A stretch of DNA of 56,201 bases from positions 1 through 56,201 of the forward strand of contig CAYHQK010000001.1 of NCBI GenBank assembly GCA_964358535.1. The letters are read 5' to 3'. The stretch is from an uncultured Nitrospira sp. (GTDB lineage: Bacteria > Nitrospirota > Nitrospiria > Nitrospirales > Nitrospiraceae). Made by a program: the position numbers and the translations under genes. Numbering within the stretch: the stretch's first letter is position 1; the number at the start of each line of letters is the position of its first letter. The notes below the pieces were generated by a model that saw only the letters and a list, made by a program, of their open reading frames with translations, had not been told where the DNA came from and made no database searches. This document shows, piece after piece, positions 50,170-56,201 of this stretch.

Positions 50170-52644
50170 ATGAACAAATCTGCCTTCGCACAAAAGATGC
50201 GTTTCGGGCTGATTGCCCTCTTCTGCCTGCTCGCACTCGTGGCAGAAGTCGTCGAGTATCAATTCTTCACGCATCTCAAAACAGAGGAGAAAACATTCGT
50301 CACGAACGAGTTGGCCAGCATCGGTCAGCTCAAGGCAGGCCAGCTTGCGGCCTTTCTCAAAGAACGCCGGGGAGACAGCCTGGTCATCACGGACCTGTTG
50401 TCTCTCGGGCTGACTCAACGCTGGTGGACCACCAAGAAGAACGACCTGCCCGCATCGCTCCAACAGCCACTGAAATCCGCGGTGGCCTACTACGACTATA
50501 CCGGTGCGATGATTCTCGACACCAAGGGGAACGTCCGCTTCCGCATCGGCAACTCCATGCGCTTGTCCGAGAAGGGGCAGTCCCTCGCACAACGGATATT
50601 GCAGACGGCGCCCCCGCCGTTTTCAGAACTCTATGCCGCCGACCAAGCTGCGCCGGAACAGCTGATGCTGGACACGTTCGCCCCGATCAAGGGACCAGAC
50701 AAAACCACGACCGTCGGCGTGCTGGTGCTGCGGGGGAACTGGCCGGACCTCTTCACGATGATTCAATCCTGGCCGGTGGAGAGCCGTACCGCCGAAACCC
50801 TGCTGGTCAAGCATGACCGCAACCAGGTGATCGTGCTCAATGAACTCCGCCACAAAACACAGACCGAGTTGAAGCCCCGTATGCCCCTCAGAATAGGCGC
50901 AGATGCGCCTCCCTGGCCGACCATCAAAGCCGCGCAAGGGCAGTACGGCCCCCTGGAGTCTTTCGACCATCGCGGCCAGGCCGTACTGGCCCACATCCTT
51001 CCAGTCCAAGGCACCTCCTGGAGCATGGTGGTCAAGGTGGATACCGAGGAGGTTCTGGAACATCTTCGATTCCTACAGTCGATCTCGGCCACCGGCACCC
51101 TGATCGCAGCCGCATGCTTAGGACTGTGGGCGCACGGCTGGCAACGTAGACGGGAACAGGCCAGGGTCCGGCACGAAGCTCAGCAAATCGAGCATCGTCT
51201 TGCGGCAGTCATCGACTCCGCCATGGATGCCATCATCTCCGTGGACGAGGACCAGCGTATCGTGCTGTTCAACCCGACAGCAGAACGGTTATTCGGGTGC
51301 ACCGCACAGGAGGCGTTTGGCCAACCGCTCGACCGCTTCATCCCGGAGCGGTTCCGCGACGCGCATCGTGAACACATCCGCGCGTTCGGCCTGAGCGGCA
51401 AGACCACCAGCGTCAGAGGCGCGTTGGAGACCGTCAGCGGAATTCGGGCCAACGGGCAGGAATTCCCCGCGGAAGCGTCCATCTCGCAGACGCAGACCGA
51501 CGGGCACACACTCTACACCGTGATCCTGCGCGACGTCAGCCAGCGCATGCTGACAGAAGCGGCGCTGACCCAAAGCGAAGAGCGGTTGCGCCTGGCCCTC
51601 GTCGCTACCAACCAGGGCCTGTACGATCTCAACCTCCAGACCGGAGAATGCATCGTCAGCCCGGAGTATGCGCTCATGCTCGGCTACGATCCGGCAGAGT
51701 TCCGCGAGACCAACGCCGCGTGGCGCGAACGGCTGCATCCGGACGATCGCGAGGAGGCGTACCGGACCTATGAGGACTTCGTGGCCGGCCGCCGCGATGA
51801 GTATTGCGTAGAGTTCCGCCAGCGCGCGAAGACGGGGGAGTGGAAGTGGATTTTATCGATCGGCAGTCTGGTCACGCGCTCGGCCGATGGGCAGCCGCTC
51901 CGCATGCTCGGCATCCACAAGGACATCAGCGAACGCAAGCGAAGTGAGCTGCGGATCGAGGCTTCGTTGCGCGAGAAGGAGACCCTACTGCGCGAGGTGC
52001 ATCACCGGGTGAAAAACAATCTCCAGATCATCTCCAGCCTGCTTCATTTCCAGGCAAAGAAGGCTCAGAAAGGGCACGAACAATCCATCTTCTCCGAGGG
52101 ACAGGACCGGCTGCGCGCCATGATCCTCCTGCATGAGCTCCTGTATCGTTCGACCGACCTCCACCGCATCCCCCTCGGCGAGTACCTCAAGACGCTCACG
52201 GATCAACTCCGGCGCTCCTTCCGCGAGGCCGCCAACCACATTCACCTCCGGGTGGAGGCGGACGACCTGTCGGTACCGGCGGCCATGGCCCTGCCTTGCG
52301 GCATGATTGTCACGGAACTGGTGACGAACGCGCTCAAATACGCTTACCCCATCGGCAAGAGCGGTCCGGTGTTGGTGCGCATCGCCGCCCGCGAGGGCTC
52401 CTTTCTTCTCTCGGTCTCGGACGAGGGCACCGGTCTTCCGACAGATTTCGATCTGGCGCAGACCGGTTCCTTTGGGCTGCAATTGGTCGCGAATCTTGCG
52501 GATCAACTGGAGGCCACGCTCACCAGGCCGCCAGGCACCGGCACCGAGATTGTCCTTGAGGTACCCATGCCCTCCAGAGCCGTGGCACCGGAGCGCCCAG
52601 TGGACACTCGCGCGCAACCATTCCACCAATCTGAAAGCCTATAA
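50170..52644 (+). CDS. Sensor histidine kinase: extracytoplasmic sensor domain between two TM helices, two PAS domains, HisKA_2-type DHp, HATPase_c
   Basis: TM1 GLIALFCLLALV, TM2 LIAAACLGLWAHGW, PAS (..AMDAIISVDEDQRIVLFNPTAERLFG..), H-box LLREVHHRVKNNLQIISSLL, ATPase G-boxes (DEGTGLP, GSFGLQLV). Confidence 0.85.
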   Translation: MNKSAFAQKMRFGLIALFCLLALVAEVVEYQFFTHLKTEEKTFVTNELASIGQLKAGQLAAFLKERRGDSLVITDLLSLGLTQRWWTTKKNDLPASLQQPLKSAVAYYDYTGAMILDTKGNVRFRIGNSMRLSEKGQSLAQRILQTAPPPFSELYAADQAAPEQLMLDTFAPIKGPDKTTTVGVLVLRGNWPDLFTMIQSWPVESRTAETLLVKHDRNQVIVLNELRHKTQTELKPRMPLRIGADAPPWPTIKAAQGQYGPLESFDHRGQAVLAHILPVQGTSWSMVVKVDTEEVLEHLRFLQSISATGTLIAAACLGLWAHGWQRRREQARVRHEAQQIEHRLAAVIDSAMDAIISVDEDQRIVLFNPTAERLFGCTAQEAFGQPLDRFIPERFRDAHREHIRAFGLSGKTTSVRGALETVSGIRANGQEFPAEASISQTQTDGHTLYTVILRDVSQRMLTEAALTQSEERLRLALVATNQGLYDLNLQTGECIVSPEYALMLGYDPAEFRETNAAWRERLHPDDREEAYRTYEDFVAGRRDEYCVEFRQRAKTGEWKWILSIGSLVTRSADGQPLRMLGIHKDISERKRSELRIEASLREKETLLREVHHRVKNNLQIISSLLHFQAKKAQKGHEQSIFSEGQDRLRAMILLHELLYRSTDLHRIPLGEYLKTLTDQLRRSFREAANHIHLRVEADDLSVPAAMALPCGMIVTELVTNALKYAYPIGKSGPVLVRIAAREGSFLLSVSDEGTGLPTDFDLAQTGSFGLQLVANLADQLEATLTRPPGTGTEIVLEVPMPSRAVAPERPVDTRAQPFHQSESL

Positions 52645-54179
52645 TGGCACGCATCTACATCGTGGAAAACGAGGCGCTGATTGCCATGGAGATCAGCGAT
52701 CGCTTGACGCAACTGGGCTACAACATCTGCGGCCGAGCGGCACGCGGCGAACAGGCGTTGAAAGAGATCCCCCAGGCCCGCCCCGACATCGTGCTGATGG
52801 ACATCCGCCTGGCCGGTACATTGACCGGCATCGAAACCGCCGCCAAGCTGCGCCAGCTCCTGGACGTGCCGGTCGTCTTTCTCAGCGCCTTCTCCGATGC
52901 CCAGTTGGTCGAGGGAGCTATCGGCACTGGGGCGTTCGGGTATCTGGTCAAGCCCTTCGACGAACGCGAGCTCCATGCCACGCTCCAGGCAGGACTCTAT
53001 AAACACCGCATGGAGCACCAGCACCTGCACGCTCGAACGTTGGAAAACCAGCTGCAGATAGCCGGCAGCATCGCCCATGATTTCAATAATCTGCTCCAGG
53101 TCATCACGGGCCATCTGGCCCTGGCCCGGACGGCCTTGCTGCCGGGCAACAGCGGCATAGCAACAAACCTCGATGAGGCTATGCGTGCCGCGCAAACCGC
53201 GGCAGACATCATCGGCACATTGCTGGTCTATACGGGAAAATCACACGCCGAACTCAGGATGATCGACCTCAATAAGATCGCGCTAAAGTACTCGGCGTCC
53301 TCGCCGCTCCCTCGCGGGTCAACCAGTCGGCTGCAGCTGCGCCTGGGCGACGGGATTCCGTCCATCATGGCCAACGAGGAACAGGTGACACACCTTCTCA
53401 ATCAGTTAGTCACCAACAGTGCCGAGGCCATCGGTGCCGGACCCGGGACCATTGAACTCAGCACGGGGGTAATGGAATGCGACGAGGACACGCTGTCCCA
53501 CAGCCACGTGGAGGGAACCGCGCGCCCAGGGACCTTCACCTATCTGGAGGTGGCCGATGACGGATGCGGCATGGATGACGCCACCCTCCAACGGGCCTTC
53601 GACCTGTTTTTTACCACCAAGTTCCTGGGCCGGGGGCTTGGCTTGCCGTCCGTCCGCGGAATCGTGCAATCGCATGGAGGCGGGCTCCTGGTCACCAGCG
53701 ACCCAGGACAAGGCACCAAGGTTCGCATCCTCTTCCCCTTCCAGAACAGACCGCCTGCCGCCACAGAACCGGCGTCCCTTCAGCAGGCCAGGGAAGACCG
53801 GGTCGATTCGGCGAAGACAATTTTGGTGGTGGATGATGCCGCCATGATACGGTTCTTGAGCCAAGAGGCGCTGGAACTCGCAGGCTATCAGGTGCTCACC
53901 GCCGACAGCGGCGCAGCAGCCCTGGCTCTATTCCAGGAGCACCATCACGAGATCGGCTGCGTCCTGCTCGACCTGAGCATGCCGGGGATGGACGGCATCC
54001 AGACCTTCGAGGCGCTGCAACAGATCAGGCCTGGCACGAAGGTGCTGCTCGTCAGCGGCTATCATCCTGACGCGCTCCGCCTACAATATGGAGAAAAAGG
54101 ATTCAGGGGTTTCCTCAAAAAACCGTTCCCGCTGCAGGCACTGTGCGATGAAGTGGAACGGCTGCTGAACAGCGCATAG
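52644..54179 (+). CDS. Hybrid histidine kinase with receiver domains at both ends (REC-HisKA-HATPase-REC)
   Basis: REC1 ..DIVLMDIRLAG..VVFLSAF..YLVKPF; H-box IAGSIAHDFNNLLQVI; DDGCGMD, GRGLGL; REC2 ILVVDD...VLLDLSMPGMDG...SGY; start overlaps upstream stop (TAATG). Confidence 0.85.
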   Translation: MARIYIVENEALIAMEISDRLTQLGYNICGRAARGEQALKEIPQARPDIVLMDIRLAGTLTGIETAAKLRQLLDVPVVFLSAFSDAQLVEGAIGTGAFGYLVKPFDERELHATLQAGLYKHRMEHQHLHARTLENQLQIAGSIAHDFNNLLQVITGHLALARTALLPGNSGIATNLDEAMRAAQTAADIIGTLLVYTGKSHAELRMIDLNKIALKYSASSPLPRGSTSRLQLRLGDGIPSIMANEEQVTHLLNQLVTNSAEAIGAGPGTIELSTGVMECDEDTLSHSHVEGTARPGTFTYLEVADDGCGMDDATLQRAFDLFFTTKFLGRGLGLPSVRGIVQSHGGGLLVTSDPGQGTKVRILFPFQNRPPAATEPASLQQAREDRVDSAKTILVVDDAAMIRFLSQEALELAGYQVLTADSGAAALALFQEHHHEIGCVLLDLSMPGMDGIQTFEALQQIRPGTKVLLVSGYHPDALRLQYGEKGFRGFLKKPFPLQALCDEVERLLNSA

Positions 54180-54203
54180 GCGCCGGACCTGACGGAACAG
54201 TTC

Positions 54204-56201
54204 ATGGATACCACACGCATCTACATCGTGGAGGACGAGGCGCTGATCGCGATGGAGATCAGCGATCGCTTGACGAAACTGGGCTATGCAGTCTGTGGCA
54301 CGGCGGCGCGCGGCGAACAGGCGCTAGAAGACATTCCTCGAGCCAACCCCGACATCGTACTGATGGATATCTGCCTGGCTGGTGAATTGACCGGCATCGA
54401 AACAGCCGCCCGGCTGCGCCAGCTCCTGAACGTGCCGATCGTCTTTCTCAGCGCCTTCTCCGATACTGCCTTACTCAGGGAGGCTCTCGGGACCGAGCCG
54501 TTCGGGTACCTGGTCAAGCCCTTCGAAGAACGCGAGCTGCATGCCACCCTCCAGGCCGCCCTCTCCAAGCACCGGCTGGAACGCTCGCTGCAGGAAGCCA
54601 ATGCCAACCTGGACGAAACAGTCCGGCAACGCACGTCCGCGCTCATGCAGAGCGAGGCGCAACTCCGTGATCTCTTCAACGGCACGAGCGACCTCATCCA
54701 TAGTGTCGCGCCGGATGGACGCTTTCTCTTCGTGAACCGGGCCTGGCGCGAGACGCTGGGATACTCCGCAGACGAAGTCGCAACACTAAACGTCTTTGAC
54801 GTGATCCAGGCCGAGTGCCACGATCATTGTCGCAGCTTCATGCAACGGATTATCGCCGGCGAGAATTTAGGACTGGTGGAAATCTCTTTCCAGGCGAAGA
54901 ACGGCCGCATCGTCGTCGCGGAAGGCCAAGTGAGTCTGCACGTTGAAGACGGCAGGCCTATGGCCACACGCGGCATTTTCCGAGACATCACCGAACAGAA
55001 AACCTCCGAGAACACAGTCTACGCACTCAACAAGAACCTCGAACACCTCGTCGCCGAGCGCACCGGCGAGCTGCGCGAGAGCGAAGAACGCTTACGGACC
55101 CTCTTCGAACAGGCGGCGGTGGGCGTCGCGGAGATCGACACGGCAACGGGACGTTTCATCCGGGTCAACCGCAAGTACACCGAGATCATCGGCTACTCCG
55201 TGGAGGAGATGCTCGCGCTCGACTTCATGACCATCACCCACCCCGACGACCTCGCATCGGACCTCGCCCAGATGGAGCGACTCAGGTGTGGCGAGCTGCA
55301 CGAGTTCACGATGGAGAAGCGGTTAGTACGCAAGGACAGCTCGATCATCTGGGTGGAGTTGACCTGCTCGCCCCTGTGGGCACCGGGCAAGGCACTGGCC
55401 AGACACATGGCCGTCGTGAAAGACATCAGCGGGCGCAAACAGATGGAGAGTCAGTTGCGTCTCACGCAATTCGCCGTGGACCGCGCGGTTGACGCCGTGC
55501 TGTGGGCCGATGCCGCGAAGCGGTTTGTCTACGCGAATGATGCCGCCTGCCGGTCGTTGGGCTATACGCGGGAAGAACTGCTGACGCTGCACATCCCGGA
55601 CATTGCCCCACAACATGATCCTGAACGATTTCAGAGCCGGCTCGCGGCCATCAAGCACAGCCAGTCAGCTACGTACGAATCCCTTCACCGCCGCAAGGAT
55701 GGGACTGAGTTTCCCGTCGAGGCCTCTATCGCCTATCTCGAGCACGAGGGACGGGGCTATACGTGTGGCATTGTTCGGGATATCACAGAGCGCACGCGAG
55801 CGGAGCAGGCGCTCGCCGAGAAGACGAGTGAGCTATCGGACTTCATCGAGCACGCCACCGTCAGCATGCACTGGGTGGGGCTGGACGGGATCATCCTGTG
55901 GGCGAACCAGACAGAGATGGATCTCCTCGGCTACCGCCGCGAGGAATACATCGGACACCACATCGAAGAATTCCATGTGGACCAGCCAGTCATCCTGGAC
56001 ATTCTCGATCGCCTTCGCGGCGGCGAGGTGGTGCAGGAATATGCCGCCCGTCTGCGGAGCAAAGACGGCTCGATCAAGGACGTGCTGATCGATTCAAGCG
56101 TCTTGCGGAAGAATGGCACATTCGTTCACACCCGTTGCTTTACCCGCGACATCACCGAGCGCAAACAGGCAGAAACAGCCCTGCAGTCGTCCCAGGACCA
56201 G
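54204..56201 (+). CDS. Response-regulator receiver domain followed by at least four PAS domains; 3' end outside window (not in the ORF track because it has no stop)
   Basis: I translated 666 codons from ATG 54204 to the window edge without a stop: MDTTRIYIVEDEALIAMEISDRLTKLGY...DIVLMDICLAG...; repeated PAS-like blocks each ending ..RDIT(E/G)RK.. Confidence 0.8.
   Translation, partial: MDTTRIYIVEDEALIAMEISDRLTKLGYAVCGTAARGEQALEDIPRANPDIVLMDICLAGELTGIETAARLRQLLNVPIVFLSAFSDTALLREALGTEPFGYLVKPFEERELHATLQAALSKHRLERSLQEANANLDETVRQRTSALMQSEAQLRDLFNGTSDLIHSVAPDGRFLFVNRAWRETLGYSADEVATLNVFDVIQAECHDHCRSFMQRIIAGENLGLVEISFQAKNGRIVVAEGQVSLHVEDGRPMATRGIFRDITEQKTSENTVYALNKNLEHLVAERTGELRESEERLRTLFEQAAVGVAEIDTATGRFIRVNRKYTEIIGYSVEEMLALDFMTITHPDDLASDLAQMERLRCGELHEFTMEKRLVRKDSSIIWVELTCSPLWAPGKALARHMAVVKDISGRKQMESQLRLTQFAVDRAVDAVLWADAAKRFVYANDAACRSLGYTREELLTLHIPDIAPQHDPERFQSRLAAIKHSQSATYESLHRRKDGTEFPVEASIAYLEHEGRGYTCGIVRDITERTRAEQALAEKTSELSDFIEHATVSMHWVGLDGIILWANQTEMDLLGYRREEYIGHHIEEFHVDQPVILDILDRLRGGEVVQEYAARLRSKDGSIKDVLIDSSVLRKNGTFVHTRCFTRDITERKQAETALQSSQDQ

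Noticed and set aside
1-56201. CRISPR arrays, rRNA/tRNA genes, IS elements, integrases, prophage genes
   Set aside because: - No regularly spaced direct repeats; all repeats found are dispersed palindromes.
- No cloverleaf-capable segments noticed in intergenic regions.
- No transposase- or integrase-like ORF in the six-frame track.
- The visual scan is not exhaustive for tRNAs or sRNAs.

Overview
This is a 56.2-kb, gene-dense chromosomal segment. Hand counts on sample lines give about 58-60% GC. I call about 60 protein-coding genes and recognise no rRNA, tRNA, CRISPR array, transposase or integrase. My unverified impression is a Nitrospirota-like genome; this cannot be established from the sequence alone.

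Gene content:
(i) An HME-type RND efflux pair (adaptor plus CusA/CzcA-like pump).
(ii) Tandem DUF2238 membrane proteins.
(iii) An overlapping three-gene operon encoding a Sel1/TPR membrane protein and two secreted proteins of unknown function.
(iv) Mixed genes: flavodoxin-like NAD(P)H oxidoreductase, an orphan AmmeMemoRadiSam radical-SAM enzyme, Mut7-C RNase plus DUF1614, CapA, PEBP, BON, Pal-like lipoprotein, CBS proteins, dodecin and an MlaC-like protein.
(v) A stress/dormancy-type gene set. It has three paralogous ~225-aa phosphoribosyltransferases, two tandem-domain universal stress proteins, Hsp20, a BCAM0308-like protein, a cyclic-2,3-diphosphoglycerate-synthetase-like protein, malic enzyme and an ADP-forming acetyl-CoA synthetase. 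It also has a pyruvate/2-oxoacid:ferredoxin oxidoreductase operon that carries YtxH, DksA/TraR, a cytochrome c'-like protein, hemerythrin and two c-type cytochromes.
(vi) A sensor kinase / hybrid kinase / receiver-PAS cluster at the right edge; the last gene runs off the window.

Hunt results:
(1) A lower-GC two-gene island (41953..43340) encodes a winged-helix-like protein with a basic tail, translationally coupled to a helical protein with a C-terminal Rx5H (HEPN-like) motif. This is my best candidate for an undescribed toxin-antitoxin or defence-type module.
(2) Nine sigma-54-type -24/-12 promoter-like elements lie 40-75 nt upstream of start codons, almost all in front of the stress/dormancy and fermentation-type genes. 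Several share an upstream GCGACAGT-like motif. This suggests one sigma-54 regulon.
(3) There are four families of dispersed palindromic or TIR repeats. One is an ~85-95-nt extended hairpin with compensatory changes in two stems. Another is a ~120-bp TIR element that occurs alone, with that hairpin nested inside it, and as half-copies that abut or supply translation starts.
(4) A pair of small sigma-54-driven CxxC...HxxCPxC proteins is present, one interrupted by an in-frame TAG at a Trp codon of its paralog.
(5) Other observations: an unusual HAD-phosphatase/P-loop-ATPase fusion, several ORFs missed by the 60-aa track, and a recently duplicated receiver domain.

All motif scans were done by eye and are not exhaustive.
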